In this document: piece by piece, positions 50,803-62,627 of the stretch
Layout of the letters: each line of letters begins with the position of its first letter
Position numbering within the stretch: position 1 is the stretch's first letter
Source: Babesia bigemina
Lineage: Eukaryota
Direction of reading: 5' to 3'
Assembly (NCBI RefSeq): GCF_000981445.1
Contig: NC_027216.1
Span: forward strand, 1,488,001 to 1,552,000
DNA: 64,000 nucleotides
Position numbers and translations under genes: made by a program
Notes under the pieces: generated by a model
What the model was told of the DNA's origin: nothing
Seen by the model: only the letters and a program-made list of their open reading frames with translations
Databases searched by the model: none

Positions 50803-51210
50803 TCCACTCTGCAGGACTCACTGATGGACGCCCCCATGACTTTACCTAGGCTCACTCTTGAGAGGTACTTGTCATGCCATAAGAGCCTTATGAGAGTGGG
50901 ATTCAGAGAGAACGACCATGAGAGTTTTGAAACTATGAACCACATTTTCCACTATCCTCACTTCCAGTTGAAGAGGCTATGATCCCTTGTTGACATTCTC
51001 GTACCTTAACTGCCTCATCACGAAGGCGCTGCCTACCACCGGCGAGTTTTTCATGCCTTCACAATATTGAGGGTTCGATATACAATATACCTTCGAAATG
51101 TGCTTTCCAAGCTTCTGCTGTAGCTTTCCACTAAAAATGATACCTGCCCTGACTGGGATCATCTTGGTCGCCACGACATTGAGGTTCTCCGTGGTATCCG
51201 GTCCACAGAG
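50803..51210 (+). pseudogene. Degenerate fragment of a ves-like (variant erythrocyte surface antigen superfamily) gene
   Basis: Stitched translation: STLQDSLMDAP..CHKSLMRVGFRENDHESFETMNHI / (frameshift 50947) STILTSS*RGYDPLLTFSYLNCLITKALPTTGE / ..HNIEG.. / STKNDTCPDWDHLGRHDIEVLRGIRSTE. This is collinear with recalled Babesia ves-like motifs (SPLQAFLTD, RMGF, HISTILSP.CGG.DPLLTL.SYLNCLTRRTPRTTGEL, CPDWDHLG..DL). The comparison is from memory, not a search. Confidence 0.7.
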
Positions 51211-51514
51211 TGTACCAGTCAGAATAGTTAATACCCAAGCAATCTCAATAGATTGTTTGGCTGTAAAAACAAAAATATACACGGACTATTATTGCAATAA
51301 CTGACGCTACCTCACACGAAGCGCGTGTTATATTGACAAATAACAACAGAGGATTGTGTTCTTGTAGATAATCAATCACACGACATCGTATATCTAGAAT
51401 ACGCGTACAGGTATAATGTTTTAAGTAAGTTCTTCCAACGTTTCCGGAAACGTCGACATTCACCTGAACCAGCAAGTATAACACCTCATGTTAGGCATGT
51501 ATTTGGCATTCTAA

Positions 51515-53575
51515 TTATTTCACAGTATATTTCTTCCTCAGTTTTGGAAAATGAATCACTTCCTTAATGTTGTTAATGCCGAGGAGAAACATGAGCATTC
51601 TTTCGAAACCTATTCCAAATCCGCCGTGGGCAACATTCCCGAACTTGCGCAATTCCAAGTATCTGCAATACTTTGATACTAGTGACATCCAACTCACTGA
51701 TCATATTCGGAGCCCTCAATGTGGTGCTCTTGCATCGCTCTGTTGTAACAATTAGATCATTTTTTATAGACACACCTTTTCAAAGTATGATATTGTACCT
51801 CCCTGATAGAACCTCCCGCAATTTCTCCCACACCGTCTGCGATGACGTCCACATTGTTGACAGTCCCATTGGTTAGTCTTTCCATATAAAATGGCATTAT
51901 AGAGGCAGGATACTGCGTCACGGCAATCATGGGGTGATCCAGCAGCTTCAGCAATCCACGTTCGTGTGCTGCAGTTAGCGGTTCACCCCAGTTAATATGC
52001 TCGTATTCGCATTCTCGACCAGTCAACTTGTGATTATTTAATAAGTTTACCGCGTCGGAATACGTTAGAGTTTTCAATGCTGAGGAATGCTGCATTGTTT
52101 CAGTGCTACAAGCTATGGCACTTACCAGATTTTGCAATCTATTTATTACCTTTGCTTCTCCGTTTTGACTGATAACGGCTAAGTCGTCTCTACATTCAGT
52201 CAATAATGCACTCGCAGTTCGTTTGACTATCGTATGGATGGCATCGGTGAGTTCCTGACGACGCATCACACTTCGACATGGTGTCACTTACAGATAGCGT
52301 TACGTCATTCATTTCCGCTTCAAGCATCCAAAACTCTGATAAATGCCTAGGCGTCTGTAACGTTTGTGATGTATTGGTGCCGTAAAACCAACGTCGGACC
52401 TATCCGCCCTGAAAGCGGGCCCAAACTTCCAGACTCGGCTGATTCCAGAACAGAGTGCTTCCAGTTCAAGCTGTCCTGAGACGCTTAAAAATGTAGTTGG
52501 ACCCTGTGTACAGCGTGTTAATGCAAATTGAGGCAATACCTGTCGTTCGTTATCAACGTTGGGTGGAACTACCTGTGGTGATGGATGAGTTGCTATTTGA
52601 ATTATAATTGCCGTACCTTGAAAATTTCCCCCATACCTTCGCAGTTGATACTCGTTAAGCACGGTGCTGTGACATGAACAAATCCCATATCCTGCAACCG
52701 AGTGAAATATGTAACCTGTATATACGAACCGGTAGGATTCTGAAAAGCTCCTCGGTGGCTTTCGCCCTAATTCTAAAAATTGCTTGTATCAAGGGATTCC
52801 TAACTCTGAAATTGCAATGCTCACGTAAGTACATTAATGGGTAGTTGCCGTTAAGCGCAACTGGGTTGGTTTCTTCTTGATTTCTTTCGTTTCGGTGGTG
52901 CGTGAACACGTGTCCTTTTGCCTCGCTGGTAACCACCAGCTGTACGGCAGGATGGACACTATCAGATCCAGAACACTTTTTTTCTAAATTACCCACTATT
53001 GTGATGGCATCACCAACATTTATATCTGAAACAGCAGCATAGCTAGGGTGGGTATCTCTGATGACCACTTCCACATGCATTGGTGTAGTCCCGTCTACCA
53101 CCTCGAGATAAGATCCTGTTTTGTTGCGATTGATAACAAGTTTTTTAACCCAAGCAACTAGTTTGTATAAGCTTTTATCCGTGTTGTTCAAACAGAATTC
53201 TCCTAGTTCCGTTTTCGGCACCTCTCCACCACTGTCGATTAATACATCCGTGGATGACTTGCTTCGAGATTGCATTTCACGAGACAAGTTGGCACAAGTC
53301 ACTCTACATGGTTTGAAGTGTGATCCATCCGGCAAATTGTCGCTCTCTATTGATTCGCATCGGTTATCGCTTGGAGTTTCGAGTTTTCCCTGTCTATGCC
53401 GAAGGTCTGATTTCCTAATGCCGAATAATGACCTATCAGTTAAACCATCGAATCTACTAACTAGGAATGCATATTGCGGCGCAGTGTTAAGGTAACGACT
53501 TTTCTCGATGCCGTTACTATTATTCCCCGTTAGGTACATGCCGCCTATGGCGGCAAATGCCGAATGAATCCTCAT
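51515..53575 (-). CDS. asnS: Asparaginyl-tRNA synthetase, bacterial-type with N-terminal extension (probably apicoplast), multi-exon
   Basis: OB fold [99 protein letters not shown]. Confidence 0.92.
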
Positions 53576-54168
53576 TGTTTTACGCTCTTCTTGACTGACT
53601 CACATACCGTTCTGGCACCATCAGGATATACATTATCAGTAAATATGTTTTGTTCAACTATTAGTTGTTGAGAGTGCCTTTTGTGCTTCATCGCACTTCC
53701 AGAGGCAGCCTTCCATGGCTTTATTATCCGTACAGTCGCCAAAACGTAATTCTGTCGTCAAGCGGAATCGTCCCACAGGTCGAATATGATTGAAACTTTA
53801 ATGTTTCACGTGGAAGACAAAAGATACCCTACCAGCAAAAACATCCAGTTATGGCTCCTGGGCGGCAGATCGCTGAGTGGCGTTATGGCACATATACATC
53901 ACCATACAAGGGATTAATCGCCTCAAGTTAAAATTTTATTTTAGAAGACTATTAATATTAACATCCATGAGCAATATAGCGTCTGCTAACCAAGTGTAGC
54001 AACTGAAATTCGTGATTCTACACACGAATGCGATACAAAAGAATCGAGTCATTACAAGGCTTTGTGTAACACACTCAAGGCCTGTAAAGCGTAATACAAA
54101 TACAACATTACATTGAAGCGACTTATATTGTTCAACGATTCTATATTACGTGCTTCATTTAAGGAATC

Positions 54169-55560
54169 CTAGGAGTCACAGTTGTCCATCACGAAAGTGT
54201 TTGGTTCCACATTCTGCGAAAAAAGCGTGGCTATCCTGCACATAATGTTTGTACATGAGACTCGTCAGTTGTTATTACCTATTGGCAATTGCGGTGGCCA
54301 ATTTCCTGGATCCACGTGTGCCAGAGCTTAAGTTGCTCAGTGACTCCACGAGTTTGTCTGGCGAGTCCTCTATCGCTTCCATTACTTCAACTGGTGTTGA
54401 ATACCTAAAAGTAACTTCTTTGCGCCTTTCATGTGTCTTACATCTCTGCGATGGCGGTGGCCGCTTCCTGACCTAATTCAGGTATCTGTTGTAGCTGCGT
54501 GATCCACCTGCATAACTTCGTTAGCAGCCGTGAGCGTGTAACCTACGTATTCGTAGCCAAAGATGTATCCTGCGATAAGTTGCTTTGCGGTTTCGCTCTG
54601 AAACCCGAAGCTCCTCTGCGTGTCGCACAGAGCTCCGCCGCCGATGCAGCATCTACGATGAACTTAGCCTGCAAAATGTTATTATCTCGGCTTCGACAGC
54701 TAACCAGCTCGACGTCATCCTCTGCTTCCACGACGTCAACTTGGTACTCTATCATGAGCGAGCATATGATATCGTCTAGCGTGAGGTTGTGCATGACCGG
54801 CGTCTGCGAGTCCCTCTGTGGAGACTGGCTGTCGGTCGGCGAGTTTTGCCCGTGCAAGGCGTACAACCTGACGGCATGCATTACTACTAATATCTTCACA
54901 TTCGGATACAGAACTTGGAATAGCTCGATTGTTGTCGTGATGCGCTGCCGCAGCATCTCAACCGACAGCTTCACGATGTCCTCCTTGGTGAAGATGAGGA
55001 ACACTACGGCGGGCCTGTTCGCGAGCTGTTGTGTTGCTGGTTCCTCGTCAGACGATTCGTCGGCGTTAAAATCGGACAGTCTAGCGCCCACGCTGGAGCC
55101 TGGTGACTGGCTTCCAGCAGTCTCATCTCCGTTGGCCATGGCATCTGCCGCATAGTTAAAATGTTAATTTCGCTTTTACAAGTAGTGTTGAAGATCCGAA
55201 ATATTAACCAACTCACGCAAATCTATTCATGCGACCATTTCACCATGATACTGGCGTTACCAATTTCCACTTACCCCTAGCGGCTGCGTCACGTGCCCTG
55301 CTGAGGTGCGTACGGTACGTGAAGTTAGTGCAGAGGGTACATATGTTTCCCTCCCTGCACATAAGGTGATATATCTCCCCTCCCAGCACTTCGTCTTTGT
55401 TGTCCGTGTAGAGATCGATATGCATGTTACTCGCCTCCCTGAATTTTTCGAGGTGCGGCAAGACATGGTACCACGGTGGCGGCAGCCAAAGCGACATTCT
55501 GGCTCTCCACGTTTCACTGTCGTCGCCATAGCGCGTCGCAGACGTACAGCTCTGCGACAT
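54169..55560 (-). CDS. EME1: Crossover-junction endonuclease non-catalytic subunit Eme1/Mms4-like, multi-exon (start uncertain)
   Basis: ERCC4-like LDDIICSLMIEYQVDVVEAED..ELAKFI, followed by HhH-like WITQLQQIP.LG.EAA..YSTPVEVMEA..LSNL....RKLATAIANRIATLF. Confidence 0.7.
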
Positions 55561-55980
55561 TACGTCTGGAAGGTTGTTATGCAACGAGGAATCACGTTAT
55601 TTCTTCCCGGCTAACACGGCAGGGGTGATGCGTACCCGAAGATTCCGGCACATTTCTCCACACAATGAAGAGATACAGTTTAAAAAAGCGTGATCCATCG
55701 CATTGTAGTGTTATGGCGCACGTTAGGCATGCCTATGTTGACTTTACCACCTCGCATCGTGAATCTAGTAGCTGGTTGGTGGGTTACACATCCGCCCTCC
55801 TAGCCAAGGCGCTGACAACGAATTCAAAGGCACTATCCGCCCATTATTCTACAACATTCAATCTCAGCATAAAAAATTTCAATTGCCATTCCATCGTCTG
55901 GACTTCGCGCTTCTGAACGTGCTGCTGTGACGCGCATCCAGATATCGACGTTGTGAATAATAAGCGCTTTGCCGTTGCAG

Positions 55981-58171
55981 ATGGGTGATCCTCCGCCAGC
56001 AGATTCAAGCAGCGGTGAGGAGGAGTTCGGTAAGTCTGTACTCCCATTTCATCTTGTCTAATCTACCATTTCATTTTTTTCCCTATGAGCGCCATAATCA
56101 ACGCATTTTGGTAACTCAGCTCGCATTTTTATACACTGAATAATTGGTTCGCAGGTCCTCTGCCCATTCCAGAGCCCCCGAAGGCCGTTCGCAAGCGCAA
56201 GGGTACGTTGCGAGCGACAAAATCCAAATACCCTCAGTCGAAATCAACGACTCGATCTACCTGCAGCACCTCCCCGATGCCAGTAGATACGAGCGCAGCT
56301 TCGTGCACAATACGACAGTTCGACACGGTAAGCTGCGTTCAATCGCTGTATCATAGTTCGCAGTTGTTTGCAGCGCACCCACGCGCTACATCGCCACCGG
56401 GAGCGACGATGGTTACATCAGCTTCTGGTACTACGAAAACGACGGCGTGCAATTCGTCAAGCGGATAGAGGCGCACAAGGCCCGAATCACGCAGATGCGC
56501 GGTTCGCGAGAGGGACTATTCCTGGGCAGCATATCGCTCGACCGTACGTACAACCACATCGACTTTGCGTCCTTCGACGTGGTCAGCAAGGTGTCGCTGA
56601 ACTTCGTCCCACTGTGCTTCGAATTCATTTCAAACCACACCTCTCCACATACTATTGTTGCTATGTGAGTTCCGATATGCTCACCGCGAATAACGTATCC
56701 GCAGCGCATCCGCTGGTGACAGCCGGGTATCCCTCTTCAAGCCCACGATGAGCTCGACCGCGATCTGCTCGCTCGCAATCGCCACCCCTGACATCCACAC
56801 CCTGGTCTACAATGCGCGCTTCGACGTGTGCTTGGCAGCCAACAGGCTGGGCGACGTCGACGTGTTCGACGCCAACACCTTCAAGTTCCCCGTCAAGCAC
56901 TCGCAGCTCACGTTCCGCATGAAGGGGGAGACCGACCTTTACGAATTCCACAAGGTGAAGACCCACGTGGTTTCGATCGCAATTTCGCCGAATGGGGAGT
57001 TGGCGGCCATGCACTGCCACGACGGCCTCATCAGGTTGTTCCGGTTCCGCACGCTGAAGCTCTACCGCGTGTACGACGAAAGCGCGCTGATGTACTCCGC
57101 CGTGCAGAGCGACCCTAAGTCGGCGGTGCTCCACATGGACTCGGCCGAGTTTTTGAAGAGGAGGGCCTACGAGGTGGAGCTCTTCAAGGTCGGGGTCGAC
57201 TGTGGGGAATACAGTGGCCTCTGTTTCGACTCGTCCTCCAACTACCTCATTTACCCCTGTATGCTGGGAATTAAGGTCGTTAACGTGGTGAATAACAAGC
57301 TGGTGCGTATAATTGGGCGTTTGGAGCACTCGGTGCGATTTTTAAAGTTGGACCTCATGCAGCACGTCTCGAGGAAGCGCCATATGGGTTCTGCGGGGTC
57401 GGGTGCCAACCAAACCCTCGACCCGCTTGTCATCGCAACTGGCTTCCAGAAAAACCGTTTGTACGTTTTCAGCAACCGCGAGCCCAGCCAGGAAGAGCTG
57501 GAAGGCCGAGACGTCGGCACCGCGTCAGATCCACGTGACACCTCGGCGCCTGCGCGCAGTAAGTCGTGGCAGCTCTCACACCGACACCCTTTTTCAGCTC
57601 TGACATCGGATGCAGCAGGCGGACGCCTTGCACGCGAGGCCGTGATCCACACCAGCATGGGCGACATCCACGTGCGCCTGTTTTACAAGGACTGCAAACG
57701 TACCGTGGAGAACTTCACGGTGCACGCGCTCAACGGGTACTACAACGGCTGCACGTTCCACCGCGTCATCCCCAATTTCATGATTCAAGGCGGCGACCCA
57801 GGAGGAGACGGTACCGGTGGTAGGTTCAGTGTCTGGTGTCTGAGGAGTGCTGCAGGCGAGTCGATTTGGGGAAGCGAGTTCGAGGACGAGATCGTGCCAC
57901 ACCTCAAGCACGACCGGCCGTTTACGCTGTCAATGGCTAATGCAGGTCCGAACACCAACGGCTCGCAATTTTTTATCACTACTGTGCTGTGCCCCTGGCT
58001 GGACGGGAAGCATACGGTCTTCGGGCGGGTCATCGGTGGCACCGATGTCGTGCAGGCTATAGAGCGGGTACGTGTTTACAAATGACTCCTTACGTCTCCC
58101 AGGTGCCGACAAACAGCGACGACAAGCCGCTGACTGACGTCACCATCATCAACGTGAAGGCGGTGATGTGA
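55981..58171 (+). CDS. PPWD1: WD40-repeat cyclophilin (PPWD1/Cyp64 type), multi-exon
   Basis: [118 protein letters not shown]. Confidence 0.95.
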
Positions 58172-59014
58172 TGGCCAAGTGCATTCTTCGGCGGTTTGCA
58201 CGTTGGCCGCACAATTTCCCGTTTTCAGGTGAATAAGCATCACAAAAAATTGCTCTACGTCAAAAAGGCCGCCCATTAATTTTTTTTAGCGCTTTGTAGC
58301 TGCCAAGTGGTTGGTAATCGAAGCCAGCGTTAGCCAGCTGTCACTGTCACCTCCCCGAGCAAAATTTCCCAGCAGCTGCACGATTATTCCGCGCTGCTTG
58401 GGCGCGCAGCGGACAACGACACGTCCCATCCGCCCAGCCCCCCGGAGCTTTCCCTGCTCTGAAAAATTCACCGCTGCAGTAAAAACGTGGAGTCCGTATG
58501 CCGCGATTTTTCATGTTGCATAGTAGTTTTCGCACAACACAGGCCCAGCTCTTCGTAGACAGTTTGTTTGTTTTTATATGTAAGTTTATTGTTAGCTGGT
58601 GGCTATCTGCTCGTGATGCTGGTTAGCTTGGCTTGGCAATTTTTCCTCTTGGCTGAGATGCTTGCGGACCACTAAACATTTTGCAGCTCTTGACGATTGT
58701 GTCGGTAAGAGTGTGATACAGTATTCGCCGGGTGTGTACCTTTACTTACGTTTATATATTTTCCTGTTCAACTGACAGTCCCCTCGGCAATATTTGCGCC
58801 GCTACGCTTTGCTGGCTGACGTATACGGCTTTGGCTTCTTAGTCAAATGAAAACCCCGCCTTTCATTTGATATTCGACTCGGAGCGTAATTTTTGAGCAT
58901 TGTTTTGTCAGTTTGTTTTAAAGCCTCCCGCCACCGGCGCCGTTGTGCGTTACTCTGCGTCTCACTCGCTCGGCGCCATTTCAGAGATCGCGTACGTCGA
59001 CCAACTCTGAGAAG

Positions 59015-60775
59015 ATGCCGATTCTGAGTGAGGAGGACCTCGAGCGCTTCCGCACCAAGGTTTGCTCCATGGCTGCGTCGATGCGGTGCGACTTCGGAGT
59101 GGAGCGCTGCAACTACTCGCACAACGTGTACTGGGCGCGTAGGTGCCCTTTCTACCTGCGAGACTCGACGATCCTGCGCTACATCCCTGCGATATGCCCG
59201 GATGTCGAGCTTGGCCCTGGTACGTCGATCCTGAAGAATACCTGCCCACGGGGGAACAACTGCGCCTTCGCACATTCGCTGGAGGAGATGCACTACCACC
59301 CGCTGGTGTACAAAACCGAGATTTGCGACGCCTACAGGGAGGGAAACTGCAGGACGTACTACTGCCACAAGGTGCACGGGCTTGCTGAGTACCGCATCCC
59401 TCGTGAATACGTGCTTCCTCGTAAGCGCGGGCTGCACATCCCGGAGTTCAAGCATGTGACCATCGTGGACAACGTTCGCGGATTCCAAAGCGGCGTCAGC
59501 AGCTGTGGGCACATGAAGGACAAGCAGCGACTCGCGCGCATACATGATGGCCACAGGGGCGCCCTCTACGGAGCATTCTCTCAGCTGAATCAGCACAGCA
59601 TCCTTACCAACAGTCCCAGCTCAGTGTCGCCGAGTTTCCCACCGCATTCGGAAGTGTTGGAGCCAATCAACCAGCTGTCGAGATGGCAAAGCTACAATCC
59701 TCGCAGCACTTCGTGCCTCGAGAAGACCCACTCCTTCGGCCAATCTTCGCTGAGCCCGCGTTCTCCTACGTGTTCGCAGGAGCGTAACGCGCTGCTACTG
59801 GACCGCTTCTGCAGGTCCAACGAGGAGCTGCTGAGCTCGTTCCCAATCGACCAAACTGCCTCCGAAAGCTGCGAAAAGGTTAAAAACATGCGGTGGAGTG
59901 AGGATAGATTAGATCAAACAACTTCCACCGACGGTAACCTTAGGACCCAATCGTCCGCGTTCCCGATGTTATTCCCGGACGAGCTGTCGAGCGTGAACAC
60001 GCAAAACCCAAGTTTCGGCGTTGATGGCATCACCACGAAATCTGAAGCCTTCTCGAACCCTTTACGGCCTACCTCGAATAAGGATAAATCCTCTGACGCC
60101 ATTGGTCGCACTTCGCTACCGTGGTATGATCGTATGCCGTGCGGCGAATCCAACTCCACGTCAAAGAAACCCTTGGCTGCCAGCACCATCAAGAGCCTCA
60201 ACACGATGTTACAGCGCTCTCTTCGGATGGATGAAGCGCGTGACGCCGCCGCCAAGACTGGCGGTAACCCGCTGCAGCGCGAGTCGGCGCAGCCGTCGAG
60301 AGCAGAGCGCCCCGGTGGGCCGAACGTGGAGCGAAATGCGGGCGGCTGGAAGGATGCCTCTTCAGTGCTCCATGCGTTATCACTGCAGTGTATGAGCGAG
60401 GAGGAGGATCCGGTCAAGGGCGCCGAGCCGAAGGAGGTGAATTCCAGCTTGCTGGACTACGTGTACCGCACGGTGGCGCAGCAGTGTCAGCTGATCGCCG
60501 GCAAGTGCGTGCAGAAGGCGGACAACCAGGCCAACATGAACGAAATATGCAAGGACACGTACAACCTCTGGCAGCTACTGACGAGCATCCGCGGGATGCT
60601 GTACGACGGCGCCCCCGTTGTGCCGAGCACTCCCGCCGAGGAGACGTGCAAGAGCGAGGCTGAGGAGGAAGCCAACCAGTGGAGCGCCGTCAGCGGTTTC
60701 TATTGCGAGCTCGTCGACTCCGAAGAGGACAGCTCCTCATCTGCCACGTCCAGCGAAAGCGACGAGACGGAGTAG
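59015..60775 (+). CDS. Tandem CCCH zinc-finger RNA-binding protein, Unkempt-like finger array, long disordered C-terminus
   Basis: FRTKVC..C..ERCNYSH..WARRCP, RYIPAICP..CPRGNNCAFAHSLEEMHYHPLVYKTEIC..C..YYCHKVHGLAEYR. Confidence 0.85.
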   Translation: MPILSEEDLERFRTKVCSMAASMRCDFGVERCNYSHNVYWARRCPFYLRDSTILRYIPAICPDVELGPGTSILKNTCPRGNNCAFAHSLEEMHYHPLVYKTEICDAYREGNCRTYYCHKVHGLAEYRIPREYVLPRKRGLHIPEFKHVTIVDNVRGFQSGVSSCGHMKDKQRLARIHDGHRGALYGAFSQLNQHSILTNSPSSVSPSFPPHSEVLEPINQLSRWQSYNPRSTSCLEKTHSFGQSSLSPRSPTCSQERNALLLDRFCRSNEELLSSFPIDQTASESCEKVKNMRWSEDRLDQTTSTDGNLRTQSSAFPMLFPDELSSVNTQNPSFGVDGITTKSEAFSNPLRPTSNKDKSSDAIGRTSLPWYDRMPCGESNSTSKKPLAASTIKSLNTMLQRSLRMDEARDAAAKTGGNPLQRESAQPSRAERPGGPNVERNAGGWKDASSVLHALSLQCMSEEEDPVKGAEPKEVNSSLLDYVYRTVAQQCQLIAGKCVQKADNQANMNEICKDTYNLWQLLTSIRGMLYDGAPVVPSTPAEETCKSEAEEEANQWSAVSGFYCELVDSEEDSSSSATSSESDETE

Positions 60776-61223
60776 TGGGCGCCAGCAACCAAGGGCTATC
60801 CCACCTCCTGTTGACAATGATTGATTCATGCTCGAGTGGCCGTAGCATTTCGCGGCACGCAGACAACAATACTACGATCTGAAATTCGGCCAGAGTTCTA
60901 CTTACGACGTAGCGCCACAAGAAGACGACGTCTGCCGCCTTTGCGAGCATCTCCAGCCCTTAGCGAGCCGGCCGGCGTCAAATCGATTTTGCAGTCGGCT
61001 GCGCAACATCCGCCGACTTTTTCCATTATTAAGTATTATTATATCACGGTATTGCCCGTATTTTGCTAACTTTTTGCCGCGCTTACCCGTAGAATCCTTG
61101 CGCGCAACGCTGCATCCTTCTACGGGCGCCGGCAACGAGGAGCTCATTTCGCGTACCATATCACTTTCGTGAGAAAACCAATATCGTGCAATTAACGTAC
61201 ACTAACTCTCCTATCCGGTAAGG

Positions 61224-62451
61224 ATGTTCCAGAAGCGCAACCTGGCCGCGTTGCGCAATCGCACACCCGTGCCGCAGCCTGAGGCCGCAGCGTCCGGAGC
61301 ATCGCACGACGGAGGTTGGTTGTTACTATAGACTCAGCTATAGTTCGCAGCTACGACGGCAGTGAGGTTGGCGGAGCGTCGCACTGGCCGCAAGATCTGC
61401 GTTGGAGTCCGTTGCCATCCATGTCTAACTCATGTTTTCGCAGAGCACCAAAGACGCTGCTGCGACAGTACGTGCCGATGTGGGAACTTATGAACCAGAC
61501 CGTTCCGAGGTGAGTGGCTACCCGGTGCCGTGACTCCGGCATGGCGTAGTTGCGGCACGCCATCCGTCGCCTCGTTGGTATTAACATGGCCTGCAGGAGG
61601 TAAAGAGCGACCAGCGCGCGACGTCGACGTACGAAATCGACACCGAGGCCAGCCGCGACCACCGCAGCATCTTAGAGCGCAACGCCGAGATCGGCCGCAA
61701 GCTGCTGAACGAGGAGCTGGAGGACGGCGTCTACCGCGGCCGCGGCGCCTACCGCCCGGTGATGAACATCCGCGAGGGCAGCATCGCCGCGTCTAAGTAC
61801 ACCGGGCTGTACGGCCCCGTGCGCGCCTCGTCAACCAACGTGAGGACGACGCTGCGCATCGACTACCAGCCCGACGTCTGCAAGGACTACAAGGAGACCG
61901 GGTACTGTGGGTTCGGCGATTCGTGCAAGTTCCTGCACGACCGGAGCGACTACAAGTCCGGCTGGCAGCTGGAGAACGAGTGGGAGCAGGCGCAGTCGGC
62001 GAAGCGCCAGAAGCTGCAGGAGAAGCTCGCTCGGTGGCAACGCAAGGTGCAAAAAAACCTGGCCGACCCCGAAGCGGCCTCGTCAGGCTCAGACGCTGGG
62101 CACGCGGCGTCAGACGCCGAGTCTGGATCCAGTTGCGACTCGTCGAGCTCCGACGACGACTCCGACTCTGACTCCGCCCCGGCGGAGAAGTCGAAGTATG
62201 CGCGCGCTCTCAAGGCCCGCGCTCGCAACCTGAATATACCGTTTTCGTGCCTCGCCTGCCGCAAGGCGTGGCGGCCGGAGATGAACCCGATCGTCACAAC
62301 CTGCGGTCACTACTTCTGCGAGTCGTGTGCCATCCGGTCTTACTCGCGCAACATGAAGTGCGCCAAGTGTGGCGTTTCGCAGGACGGAATCCTCAACCCC
62401 GCGCAGGCCGTGATAAAGCTGCTGGCTTCGATGAACAGCGAGTGTGAGTAA
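61224..62451 (+). CDS. CWC24: Spliceosomal Cwc24/RNF113A (CCCH + RING), multi-exon
   Basis: MFQKR, YRGRGAY, YGPVRASSTNVRTTLRIDYQPDVCKDYKETGYCGFGDSCKFLHDRSDYKSGWQLE, PFSCLACR..TTCGHYFCESCA..CAKC. Confidence 0.95.
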
Positions 62452-62627
62452 ATTGTTGGTGTGTAGCTTCATGTTGCCGGCCGTCGCGTGCTGCGCGTCT
62501 GAACCCGCCCTTCCGCGCCGGTAGCGCCTGGCGTCGCCGAGCGCGTGCACACCCGCCGCATCTCGGCAATAACGCCGCTGCGATTGTGAGCGGCTGGTGA
62601 GTTATTCGTGGCCTGCGAGTTTCGCCA

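Noticed and set aside
50977..51282. 101-aa minus-strand ORF in the AT-rich island
   Set aside because: It is antisense to the ves-like relic and has no recognisable features.
55844..56047. 67-aa minus-strand ORF as a possible Eme1 first exon
   Set aside because: It overlaps the PPWD1 first exon in antisense, and no convincing splice path to the Eme1-like exons was found.
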